Shown piece after piece: positions 13,801-26,146 of a stretch of DNA of 64,000 nt (the stretch's first letter is position 1; every line of letters begins with the position of its first letter). Below the pieces are notes generated by a model. The model saw only the letters and a list, made by a program, of their open reading frames with translations. It did no database searches and was not told the DNA's origin. The position numbers were made by a program, and so were the translations under genes. The stretch is from contig NW_027266269.1 in assembly GCF_022045235.1 (NCBI RefSeq), positions 310,001 through 374,000 on the forward strand, read 5' to 3'. Source of the stretch: Haliotis cracherodii (taxonomy: Eukaryota).

Positions 13801-16800
13801 ACAGTCGTTTCCTCATAAGCAAAAACATTCTTCACATCCATTTTACACTTATAGCGAAGTTTGTATGTCTGCCACAATGCTTTCTTCTCCTCCATGGTAT
13901 AAGTCAGTTTGACATCTGATGAACTTTTGAAAATATGTTGACCTCCTAGAGTTGACATTGCACTCTCAAGAGTGTTAGTTTCTGCAGTGAATATAACACA
14001 GATGTTTGGTTGATTCAGCTTTCTTTGTTCCTCTCTTTGTTCTTGCTGCAGACGCTGGTATCTTCTTTCTGATCTGGACTCGCACTGTTCCAGGTGCACG
14101 TGGAGGTCGTACAAAAAGCGCTCAAGACCGGTCAGATCCATATATGATCTGACTGTCTTACACATGTCATCAAATATGACACACACGTCTTTGCCTTTTT
14201 CTAGATAATCAGACAACTGGACTTTATAAGCATCTTCAACCAGCACCAGCTCATACCCCTGCTTCCTGTATTCAGCTCCCAGCATCAGGGCCATGGATGT
14301 TTTACCTTCTCCTGGAACACCGCTTATCGTAACATGGCCAAACGTCTCCAACTTTTCTTTAGCCTTCTTAAAGCTCTCAGTTTTAACAAACACACTTTGG
14401 ACATCCTTAATCTTCTGTTCCAGTGAACCTGTAAACGTTCATAAATAGTTGTAAACAAATCAAAACGAAGTGTGAAATTCAGCATCACCAGTTCAACTCG
14501 TTTGACTCTAATTTCATAGTTTGATAAAGATAAATTGTTTAGTTATAGTATAAGAGTGTCATCTCTGCATCAAATAGTATATTTATTATTATCTAAACAA
14601 AAGACCTCAGGTTACCTTTGTGGTACGTACGCGTGCATGTAATCATGCATGAAGGACATACCAGACCAATACTTCTCATTACTAATGTTGATAAAGGTAT
14701 TCAGTTCTTACCAGACGGCAAGAGCACAAAACTGCAGGGTGAATCAGCACCTCTCTCCAAAGCTGGTCAGGAAATAAAAGTATATGAATATGCTTCCACA
14801 ACTGAAATGCATATGTTGCAAAGACTTATATGCGAAGATAATATTAATTTGTTAACATATCGTTGTTATTGTTGTTCAGGGTATTCGGCTTACAGTCATA
14901 TATTCTGAAACATGTGTTCTGCACATATTCCACTCAAAAGGTTAGGGTAATTACATCACCAGTGAACATATTAATTATTAATACACAAGACCTTTAACCA
15001 GCATTATATTTACCATGAGATAATGTAAAGTTTACACGGAAAACAAATTAAACAATTGACATTCACTTTGTATTAGCTCACATGACAACATTCATTCATA
15101 GATACATACTTTATTTTATATGTATCCCATACTTACTGGCTTCACCTTCCTCTGCCATGAAAGGTTCTGAAACATATTAGATGTGATGGTTAGATGAAGC
15201 ATGTTTATCCCCCTCTGGATTGTGTAATCTCCATTTCGATATCTAAAGTACAACAAGTAATAGAACCAATACAAACACGCTAAACACCATGTTCAATATA
15301 CCGAGCTTGTATTGCTAATGTTATTGATGTAACTAAGCTGCGTAGATCACATACCAATACACACATAAGACACACGACAATGTCTCTTTCCAAGTCTATA
15401 GTGTCGTAAGCCCATAACTAGGAAACAGTTGATGTTTCTCAGGATTTACAATCTGCTGTTTCTTTCAATCAATGCTTGTGGTAGCAGACAATTTATCTGG
15501 AAATGCTGAATATTTATATTCCCTGTCTGAGATGAAGATAAATCAGCCCAACAAACATAATTATGATTTAGTTTCTTCTATCACAATTATTTTTAATGTA
15601 TGTCAAAAAATATCTCGTTTATACAAACCCAATGATAATACAGTGTCACCTTAAGTAGAATTAATGAGTTACGAGATGTATACTCACCATCTTCACCAGC
15701 TCTGTACCTGAAATAAACAAAATCGAGATTATGACAAATGTATAAATCAGCATGTCCGAATTGATAGTTTTAGAAATCAGGGGATTGCCACTTCATATGT
15801 GTACTTCGTTGTATTTAGATATATAATTTACTGCACATAGACGTAAGTGATGGTGATGAAGAAGACGTCCTGCCTCAGGTTATATTTCTGTATTACCTGG
15901 CAGTTGTTCTCCAGCATGGAAGTATCCCTGTCACTGCATCGAAAATCCCTGTGGTTTCTCCTCTTTTCCGTTTTTGTTTGTAAAGAAATCTGAAAATATG
16001 GTCAGTTATTGAGAAATATATGAACTGTAATATGTAAACGCTGTCATGTTGCAGCCCAATATATCAGTCCTCCTAACCTCCTTAAAACTAACCTAACACT
16101 TTATCTCACAATGCAAACAAAATAGTATTGAGTTTGCTGAGGTGAGGTGAAATGGAGTTTAACATCACGTTCAATATTACTGCACTTATATAGCGACGTG
16201 CATGCACGTGTGCATGCCGATTTAATAGTGCTAGACTACGAAGACAACATGCCGCAGTTTAACATGAATGCCCAACCCAGACACACTCCGAGCCATCAAG
16301 TCCTTGTTTAGCCCCTTAATGTCAAGCGCCTGGCAGGGTATAACAAGAACCTCAACATATTTTGGTATTACGCGACCGGGGATCAAAGCCCGTTCCTTCT
16401 GCTGTCTGGAAGGATGCTCCGCCACCAGCCCATGTTGTACAGATTCAGACTTCACCAATAAGTTCACAATACTGTTTTAATTTGTAATACACACATTTAG
16501 CAATAATCTGGACTCCATCTCCTTGGGTTAGGTACACACTTACAGTATGAACACCACCACAGCGAAGGTTAGGTACACACTTACAGTATGATCACCACCA
16601 CAGCGAGGGTTAGGTACACACTTACAGTATGAACACCACCACAGCGATGACAACCAGGATGACGAACACAGGGACAAGTATCGCAGCCGGGTCCGGTGTT
16701 TTCTCTGCGTTGGATTCACTCGGTGTTGTCGACGATGTGTCTGTGACAAAATACCGTCACGTAATATAAAGCATTAATATTTGCACATTTTCTTAACATA

Positions 16801-19286
16801 TATGAGTCTTAGGTTGTATTTGTACTTACATGTACTGGATTCCCCGGGAGGTGACGCCGTCGTCTCTGTACAGACATAAATACAGACAACGTCGTCATGT
16901 ATTCCAAACACTACTACAGTAAAGTATGACTAGTCCATCTTGATACACTCATGTTCTAGCTTGATTGTTTTAGAAAATCAGTACATGAATATACTTGTAT
17001 CTTATATCACATCATATTTATATCCAACTGCAGACACAGATAAAATACAGTAAAACATTGCATAACAGTGTTTATGAGTGTACAGCCCTGTTATATTTGC
17101 CTGATTGAAATGGAAACGACAAGACCCTTTCCATATTCAGTAGAAATATCTGCTACAAGCAGAGTCGGTTGTACAGTTCTTACTATATCAGGAGCATGTG
17201 TTTATGCATCACTATCAAATACTGATGAAGCCAGGTGGCCGCAAAAAGGTGGGCGTATCCTGCCCCACCAGTGGCAAATGTACCAGAAAACCCGTACACG
17301 AGTAAGGCTAAAATCCACACTCCTTTTGTTTATCTTTTGTTTACTCTTGAGATATAATCCAAACTTTAGCCACAATCAGCAATATTCCAGGTACATGACA
17401 GTGTTCTGTATATAATCGAGTCTGGACCAGACACACCAGTGTTTGACGATGATCCACGCACTTGGGTTACGATAACATGCATCAACCAAGTTTGCAAGCG
17501 GTTTGTTGTCTTGAACAACACAGGTTGCTGAAGATCTTTTTTTTTCAAATCCTTATGGGTTTAAGAGCTAAGCAATCAGTAGGTTTGCATATTCACTAAA
17601 AAGTTAAGAAACATCCTTAAAACCGAAATATAACTACCATACCTTCAGAAAGACCAAACAATGAATAACAAAGTGTTTTATTGATTCAGAGCAAGTTCAA
17701 TCACGCCGAGTTACCACCCTTGGCAGCATAAAACAGTCTAAAAGTCAGTCTCCATTTGGTGAACCACCCACAGTCAGTCAGAATCACATCATAAACAGAC
17801 TATCAATGTAAAACCTCGATTCCGATGTCATGAATGTTCACAGCAATGTCAGTATCGAATGTAGCCTCCACAAGCTCTAATCACGGCCTGACACAAGTGA
17901 AGATTTGAAAGAGGTTACTGAAAGCAGCTTGAGGAATTCGTTGCCATTCATCTGAAGGGCCCAAACTATGGATATCGCCATTTAACTAACACTGTTTTTT
18001 GTGTCAGAAAATATTAGTGGTCCCTAACTGATTTTGTTGAGCATTACAATAGCAAAACAATACAAAACCATTTTAGATATATCTCCCACAGCAGATCAGC
18101 ATCAACTATCACTAATTTGAATTAACTTGCTCTACCTGCTTCTGTAATAGAGAGATGTGCCGACCTGGCATTTTGCTTCTATCAGTTGCGTAAACTTCAG
18201 AGAAGTCTAACGCCAGGGGCGGTCGGGTAGCCTAGTGGTTAAAGCGTCCGCTCGTCACGCCGAAGACCCGGGTTCGCTTCCCGACATGGATACAAGGTGT
18301 GAAGCCCATTTCTGGTGTCCCCCGCCGTGATATTGCTGGAATATTGCTAAAAGCGGCGTAAAACCATACTCACTCACTCATTCTAACACCGTTGTTACAC
18401 CACACCCGTTAAAGGCAGAAACGTCCACACAAAAGTACACCATGAATATCATGCTGGGCATGCCCTCTCACATAATGCACGTGCATCACGTGACGTTTCA
18501 TAAGCTTTTTGAAGGGCCAAACCATCAAACTATGTATATCTTGTTGGGCTATCATTACATAACTAACCCTGTTTTTGTGTGAGAGAAAATATTAGTGGTC
18601 CTTACCTGTTTTTGTTGAGTATAAAATTGCCTGATTTGGAAGCAAGACAATATCATTAAACCGTTTTATATGTGAGAACTATATCCCACAGCAGACTGTT
18701 GTTAGTGCAGATGAGCACCATCTATCACACATTTGAAAAAACTTGTTTTCAAACCTCTAATACTGTTGCAAAAGTCCCCTGTGTAGTCTCCATCACAACC
18801 AAAGGTGCAGATGCCATTTTGGCGATTACAGGTGTTTCTCAAGCAGTTCTTGCTGCAGTGTTGATCACAGAGATCCTCAAACCACCCCGGCACACACCCC
18901 TCAGAGCACTTCCCTGTCTCCTTGTGGCAGTGTTTGAGGTTTCGCACTGGGTCAGGGATACAAGTCGAAGAACAATTTTTGCTGCAGTTTTCACCATACT
19001 TCCCCCATTCACACTGAGTCTGGCCATGTGTTTCCAATACTGAAAGGTTGAAAAATACGCAGTGAGGATAACGAAAGGAAGGAAACCGGACAGTATTATT
19101 TCACCTCAACTGATCAATGTTTTGGTACAGGGTAATGACAAAGAACAGTAGAATTTCAAGTACTGTACTCTACCGTGTGAAAAGAATGTATTGAGTTGGG
19201 AGATATGTTCAAATATGTGACAGCCGAAAAAAAACGTGTTCTCATTACTCACTGACTATCATCAGAATGGGGTAGAGTAGCTGCAT
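10878..19286 (-). CDS. Gene B: signal peptide - EGF ectodomain - S/T stalk - TM - STAND (nSTAND3-like) NTPase - ankyrin repeats, about 1404 aa
   Basis: Nine coding exons, all GT-AG with consistent phases and no stops: 19286-19253, 19039-18755, 16865-16830, 16740-16626, 15989-15897, 15707-15688, 15166-15137, 14762-14712, 14428-10878. Sum 4215 nt = 1405 codons. The last exon is in frame with the 1171-aa ORF. Confidence 0.82.
10965..13055 (-). other. About 19-20 ankyrin repeats in alternating LHxAC / TPxM pairs (gene B)
   Basis: Repeats of about 33 aa such as GWTPVMYAVVSG, NLLHLACHGGN, DINxRG and ADITLTDD; a degenerate stretch near 11350-11520. Confidence 0.95.
13750..14393 (-). other. STAND-class P-loop NTPase domain (nSTAND3-like) of gene B
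   Basis: N-terminal FVKTESF motif, Walker A GVPGEGKT (14321-14298), Walker B VCVIFDD and GFP (GxP) motif; downstream SHSIMYD in the helical region. Confidence 0.85.
18216..18380 (+). mobile_element. SINE family B
   Basis: Same consensus; TSD tctaac(g/a)cc. Confidence 0.85.
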
Positions 19287-19701
19287 GGCTCTGGTGGACG
19301 AGGAGTTGGAGCCTCTGCAAAGGAAATATATGGTTTTGTGATACAAACACCGGTATACATCAAGCTGATTTTAGTTGTGAGCATTTATGCTGTTTCATAC
19401 GTTTTTTGTTTGAAACACATATTGTGCTTAAACGTTTACCAAATGTTTGCTCCATGTCATTTGACACGGATGACAGACATTGGTTAACTAGGTGGTCATC
19501 AAGACAAATGCAGAAATTATGGAAAATAGATACATGTAGTAATGTGTTAAATGTCATGCATCTCACTTGTTCGGCAACATCATTGGAATACTACTCTCAC
19601 AGAGAATACATGTTGTTTTTTTTTTTTTCCACAGCCCCTTGCCATGTGCAGGATCAGTGAAAATAACATTCGTGATATAAAACTCCCATGTTCAATTATA
19701 T

Positions 19702-20030
19702 ACCGTATTCGAGACAATAAGCGTCCAGGGCGCTCTCAAAGTTAGAAATAGGGGGCTCTTATTAGAATATTATATTGGTGAAAAACAACAGAGTTAAAAG
19801 ATCGTAAATTTCGTGGTTTATGCTGACAGCCTGAAATGTTTATATACGACAGATATATTTTTTTCCAGAATTTAATTTCCCATCATTATGAATGCATATA
19901 ACATACGTATTATACACGAATAAATAAGTCCTGTGTACATTGATCAACCGGAAGGTGTGCTAATTGGGATTCTTCGCTAGCCCATATATTAGAAAATATC
20001 GCCGTGGGCGCTTATTAGAGCGGGACGCTT
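19702..20030. mobile_element. Possible non-autonomous DNA transposon (MITE) end, interrupted by a gap
   Basis: TACCGTATTCG..ATAAGCG terminus, with the reverse-complement motif GCGCTTATT just before the gap. Confidence 0.35.
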
Positions 20031-20245
20031 NNNNNNNNNNNNNNNNNNNNNNNNNNNNNNNNNNNNNNNNNNNNNNNNNNNNNNNNNNNNNNNNNNNNNN
20101 NNNNNNNNNNNNNNNNNNNNNNNNNNNNNNNNNNNNNNNNNNNNNNNNNNNNNNNNNNNNNNNNNNNNNNNNNNNNNNNNNNNNNNNNNNNNNNNNNNNN
20201 NNNNNNNNNNNNNNNNNNNNNNNNNNNNNNNNNNNNNNNNNNNNN
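20031..20245. other. Assembly gap
   Basis: Run of N. Confidence 1.
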
Positions 20246-20984
20246 CCTCACATATAATTAATCTTAACCCAAGATAACTCTGGTAGAATTCCCTAACTTC
20301 AGTACATATGGGTGCGTCTAGCTGGGCATGCAGAAGCTGTCTGTTAATCTATGTAGACCGATGTCGTGGTATTTTATACCTGACAGTGTCTAGATTTGAT
20401 AACCTCTGAGTATTTCAATGAGGTCAGTTTAATATTAGAACTGCTAGTTAGTATCAGTGCTGCTAACATGTGTAGATGCGCCTGTTTAGATATACTCACA
20501 AATTATCCTGAACAAAGGACATCCTTACATTGCCAAGTCGCTTGGCTCATTATAGCTCATTTATCACAACACCAGTCAAACGCAGCGGTATTCCCTTATC
20601 AAAAGCTATTACGTGAACCTTGAATTGCCTGGCCACCGATAACGCATGGTGCATCCATGTCGACACGACCTTTCCTCTCTTGGTTGAGCGTTGATAAGCC
20701 GTCCTTCCCCAGCCTGTTTAACGATCACTAGATCAAAGCTGTCTTTATACTTTAGTCCTTTAAAACCTCACTCAGCAACAAATGATTGTGGCATGCAAAT
20801 AATCAAGTCTGGACAGAAAACCCAGTGATTGACATCATGAGCATCGATCTACGCATTCGCATTCCAATTCAGCGAGCCTGATCACCCAGCCCCATTAGTC
20901 GCCTCTTACGACAAGCAGTTCCCTTTTTGGGGCTGCTGAGAATTTATCTTATCCCGGAACTCACGCATCGAATCAAAACGTGTG

Positions 20985-21258
20985 TGTGTGAGTTTGGTTT
21001 AACGCCGCTTTTAACAGTATTCCAGTTATATCACGGCGTGTCAGCTTAATGTGGGAGGAAAGCCCGAAGTGATGCAGGTCTCAGACGTTTACCACTTCAG
21101 TGAAACCCACGAGCACGGGTATGGTACTGACAAACCTAGAAACATAATCGGGGTGAACCGGGATTCGAACCAACAATCATAGGTTTCTGGCGTTCCCAAT
21201 GGACGCAACTCTGCACCGCGAATCTCGGCGCCTTAAACGACTGGGCCACCCGTGCCCC
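20985..21258 (-). mobile_element. SINE family A, full length
   Basis: A/B boxes and TSD cgaatcaaaacgt; partial copy at about 21315-21440. Confidence 0.85.
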
Positions 21259-21937
21259 CGAATCAAAACGTAATAGTATACACATGACATGTACATGGTT
21301 CAGGCTACAGAAGTGAAGGTGTCTCAAGGTTCACTTCGGTGAAACCCACGCGCACGGGTATGGTGCTCACAAAACTAGGAAGGTGATTCGAACTCTCGAT
21401 CATAGGTTTCTGGCGTGCCAAAGCGACGCAACTCTGCACGGCGTTGTCATATTCAGTGAGGTGTCTCGCACTGTGCCAGTATGATTGTGAGCAATAGGGG
21501 CAGTAACACATTCTCCGTCACAGGGCACCGCGACCTTGATATCGTTCCTCTGCAGGTATAACAATGCTGTAGTCCACATCACACCAACAACGAGTTGCCG
21601 TCCCATACAAAGCCTCCACTCTCGCTAGGAATATCAAGTTGAATGCTCTCACATTGACACTGCATCTACATGTTCAAACAGGCAACTGTAAATGTTCGCG
21701 CTATGTATGATACGATGTGTAGTTTCCTTACTGATATAACAACGAATGTAGTGCTTCTTCCACGGCAACATGCCGGATCCAGGTCAGACACTCTGCTGTT
21801 TTAAGTACAACCTATTTCAACCTGCCCATCGCATCAGTGTAACCCGTATGCGTGACAAGACTAGCCCGAACGCTCAAACAAGTTTTTTATGCTTTGTGTG
21901 TTTGTTAACACACACTCGCCTATATTCCGGCAACATG

Positions 21938-21938
<1 letters not shown>

Positions 21939-21988
<50 letters not shown>
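21939..21988. repeat. (TATC)n microsatellite
   Basis: Directly visible. Confidence 0.95.
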
Positions 21989-22544
21989 CCGAATCTCAAT
22001 TGTAAAAATATTACAACGTTACAAACATTGTTAATAAATGAAATACAACAATATATAACAATATATATACAATATAAATATATATCGCACCATACTATTG
22101 TGTGTCGTTGTAGACTTTGGCAAATCATGTGTTTTCCGACAAAACATTAACTTGAGTGTCAAATAAAACTAATACGTCCGTCTTTTCGATATTCGTTCAT
22201 GATAGTGAATTATTGATAACAAACATTTATTTCATTTGTAAAAATATCATGCCACGTTCAAACTATAGGATAACGTCACAGATGCTCAAACAGCACACAA
22301 AAGCAATATACCCGTGAACACATTGGCTCCATTGGCTTGGTTGTAAAATGAGTGAGTGTTAAGCTTGATGCTGCTTTTATCACACTTCCAGCATAATCAA
22401 CACGGAAGTGAAGAAATGGGCTTCACACATTGCCCCCATGTCGAAAAAAGAAGAAAGGCCTTTGTGATAAGTGCTTCAATCCCAAACTTCTCTTTTCTTC
22501 CCTACCCTGCTTTCACCCTGCTTTCTCCCTACTCCACGCTTGCC

Positions 22545-23550
22545 CAACCCCTACCTCAACCCCGCATCCCGCACCTCCCTACCTCATCACCGCAGCCCCT
22601 ACCTCAACCCCGCAACCCCCACCTCAACCCTTCACCCCCTGCCTCAACCCTGCACCTCCCCACCTCAACACCACACCACCTACCTCAACCCCGCACCCCT
22701 GCCTCAACCCCGCACCTGCCCATCTCAACCCTGCACCTCCCCACCTCTACCCTGCCAACCCAACCTCAACCCCGAACCCCCAGCCTCAACCCCGCACCTC
22801 CCTACCTCATCCCCGCACCCCCTACCTCAACCCCGCAACCCCCACCTCAACCCTTCACCCCCTGCCTCAACCCTGCACCTCCCCACCTCAACACCACACC
22901 ACCTACCTCAACCCCGCACCCCTACCTCAACCCCGCACCCCTGCCTCAACCCCGCACCTGCCCATCTCAACCCTGCACCTCCCCACCTCAACCCCTCACC
23001 CCCCTGCCTCAACCCCGCACCTTCCCATCTCAACTCCGCACCCCCTCCCTCAACCCAGCATCTGCCCACCTCAATCCCGCACCCCTACCTCAATCCAGCA
23101 CCTCCCCAACTCAATCCCGCACCCCTACTTCAACCCCGCACCCCCACCTCTACCCTGCACCCCCACCTCAACCCCGCACCCCCTACTTCAACCTCGCACC
23201 CCCACCTCAACCCCGCTACCCCACCTCTACCCCGCACCCCTGCCTCAACCATGCACCTCCCCACCCCTAACCCGCACCACCTACCCCAACTTTGCACCCC
23301 CTGCCTCAAACCCTTTCCCCCTGCCTCAACCCCGCACCCCTTCCCTTAACCTTGAACTTCCACATGCGCATACCTAGTCAAACAGCACCTTCCAACTTCA
23401 ACCCCGCACTTCCAACCTTAACCCCGCACCTGCCTGCCTCACCCTGCACTTCCACATTTTCATACTTCCTCAAACGGCACTGACCTAACTCAACCCCGCA
23501 CCCCTCTCACCACACATCCTTACCTCCACCCCGCAAAGCGCACCTCAGCA
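22545..23550. repeat. C-rich minisatellite, unit about 19-22 bp
   Basis: Unit approximately cctcaaccccgcacccct(a/g); open in all three + frames. Confidence 0.9.
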
Positions 23551-24044
23551 CCCAGATACTGTCCACGCTGTCGTGTGTTTGTCCCACTCTTATCTAACTG
23601 CAGCCTTCTCAAGGGGACTCCCCACACATTCGTGTTTTGAGCTACCGAGTTACCCTTCCACAGAATATTAACACAGATATCTACTGTATGTAGGGGGCCC
23701 GGCTAGCTTCAATCAGGGAACAGGGAACAATATCAGTTACTGTCACACATATCAGTATGGATATTCCACGCTAATAATATATATAATGGATATTGATAAA
23801 CACATCTGTAGGATTAAAGTGTTGCTTTCTTTTAACACAATCGTCAATGTCTGACTACCTTTCACCCCTCTGGGCGATTCTACTCCTTCCTGAGGAGCGA
23901 CTTGGTCTGGCCAGCGATACAACCGTGTACGACAGTCTACTTATAATGTCACGTCAGGTGACATGACTGAGTGCGTTCTTTGAAACCACTTGCCCCAGAT
24001 AGCAATATAGCATAGTGGGTACATGTATACATCTGTGGTTTGTG

Positions 24045-24298
24045 GGGGTTCGGGTGGCCCAGTCGTCTAAGGCACCGCGATTCCCTTTGCAGAGTTGCGT
24101 CCATTGGGCACGCCAGAAACCTATGATTGTAGGTTCGAATCCCGGTTCGCCCGATTGTGTTTCTAGGTTTGTCAGCGCCATACCCGTGTTTGTGGGTTTC
24201 ACCGAAGTGGTAAACGTCTGAGAGCTGCATCACTTGGGGCTTTCCTCCCAAATTAAGCTGACACGCCGTGATATAACTGGAATACTCACACTCACTAC
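24045..24298 (+). mobile_element. SINE family A
   Basis: Head GGTGGCCCAGTCGTCTAAGGC (tRNA-Leu-like) and B-box GGTTCGAATCC. Confidence 0.85.
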
Positions 24299-24699
24299 TG
24301 GTGTTCAGGATTGTGATTATCATTGTAAGATATTAAGGTTTTGTAAGGTTTTGGATAGTAATGGTCGTTCATACCTGATCATGGAACTTCGCCTATCCAT
24401 AGTTTCCGTGGTTATTATTTTTGCTCAATTAGCCATGGTGTCCCGCCCATTCATTCACCTCTCAGCTCTATGCAGTGGGGCCTAGGGCCATGTTGCAGCG
24501 TGCCCAGCATTATGTAAAATCTGGCATGCACGTCACAGTAGCCTCACTGTCGGTCCCAGAATAACTGCCTTAGCTTTAGGTTTCGTTGAAACCTTTTTCG
24601 CAACATATGCTGGTGGTTCGAATTATCTGCTCAGATGTACTTTTAGTCTGAATATATTCAGACGTATTGGGACGGTGATTTCCCTTTCTTCTTAACAGT

Positions 24700-25058
24700 G
24701 AGGTGAGGTAAGGTGGAATGGGGTTTAACGTCGCGTCCAAGATTATTGCACTTATAAAGCAACGTGCATGTGCGTTTGTGTGTTTGTGTGGCGGTTTGTA
24801 GTAGTCCGGACTGATGCTGATTTGTAGTGCTTGCTCACTGAGATACCATGCCGCAGTTTAACATAAATATCCCAATCAGACACAGTATACTGACTCCGAG
24901 CCGACCAGTTCTTTTTTTGTGCCCCTTAATGCCGAACGCCAGACAGGGTAACAACAAGTACCATCTGTTAACGTCTTTTGGTATGACGCGGCTGGGGATC
25001 GTACCCCGGACCTTCCACTCTCTGGGCAGACGCTCTACCACTAGACCATGGAGGCGGT
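24700..25058 (-). mobile_element. tRNA-derived SINE family D
   Basis: Head GGTCTAGTGGTAGAGCGTCTGCCC, (CACCT)n tail, TSD tcttaacagtg; related copies at 16140-16430(-), 40690-40957(+) and 52540-52825(+). Confidence 0.8.
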
Positions 25059-25717
25059 CTCTTAACAGTGTCGTTTTGTTTAGTTAGTAATTGTTTAGTA
25101 CAGCCGGCGTGTTTACACCGGGAGTTTCATTTGGGTCAGATGTCTAAAGGGTTAAAGGCCTGAGTGACACTTTTTGAATAGACGAGAATGTAGCATGCCG
25201 GGTCCATATGTCATCATGCTTAGTAACCGCTTTATTATTTTCAAACGCGAGGGAAGAAAGTTGGTTTATAATGTTAACCATATCGCCTTAAAGTAAAGAA
25301 AGAAGTTGTTATGTATTGTGTCTACTTTCTCGTCCACACTCAGAAGTATTCCAGCTATATGACGGCGGTCAGTGGGTAATCGAGTCCGGACCAGACAGTG
25401 AGCATCGATCCACGCAATTGGGATCGATCACATGTACCCAACCAACGAGCCTGACCACTCGATCCCGTTAGTCTCCTGTTGCAACAAGCATAGTCTCGTT
25501 TTGCGGCAAGCATGGGTTGCTGAAGACATATTTTACCCCGAATCTTCACGAGTCTCTGGTGGCGAAACGATAATAGGTAATGTACGCATGAGAAAATGTA
25601 GCATACGAACCAAAAATTCTAAATATATATGTGTGTGTGAGCACCAGGATCAGATGCGACCACCCGATCCCGTTATTATCTATATATGTCTATATGTGTA
25701 TTTGTTGATAATATACG

Positions 25718-25882
25718 AGCGGCCTGGTAGCCTTGTGGTTTAAGCGTTCGCTCGTCGCGCCGAAGACCCGGGATCGATTCCCGACATGGGTACACTGTGT
25801 GAAGCCCATTTCTGGTGTTCCCCGCCATGATATTGCTAGAATATTGCTAAAAGCGGCGTAAAACCATACTCAGTCAGTCAGT
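25718..25882 (+). mobile_element. SINE family B
   Basis: Same consensus; TSD tgttgataatata. Confidence 0.85.
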
Positions 25883-26146
25883 GTTGATAATATATTTCAG
25901 GGAAATGTGTTGGAAGGACCAATATCTCCGATGTGTGCCTTTGTGTACTTCTGGTTGTTGTTCTTGCTATATGCTAAAGAATACATATCCCGGTTGTCTG
26001 GGACATGTCATGGACACCAGCTAATGCTAGTTGTTGGATTCGGTGCACGTCGCTTACTGTATATCAAAACTGAACTCATGCGTGGGAAATATGGAGGAAG
26101 ATCAACGATCACGAATGACTCTGTGCATATGCGATGTGATGAATAA

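Noticed and set aside
18216-18290. Functional tRNA genes at SINE heads
   Set aside because: Acceptor stems do not pair, and the heads are followed by SINE body, tail and TSDs.
10878-19286. Gene B as Notch, ANKRD28/44/52 or KIDINS220
   Set aside because: No LNR, NOD or RAM motifs and few EGF modules. It has a STAND rather than KAP NTPase and a single TM. Ankyrin similarity alone is not orthology, so no gene symbol is assigned.
21400-21606. Small ORF with a hydrophobic N-terminus
   Set aside because: Short, runs into a SINE fragment, and has no recognisable domain or splice support.
22356-23483. Pro-rich extensin-like ORFs
   Set aside because: C-rich minisatellite open in all three frames, with no gene structure.
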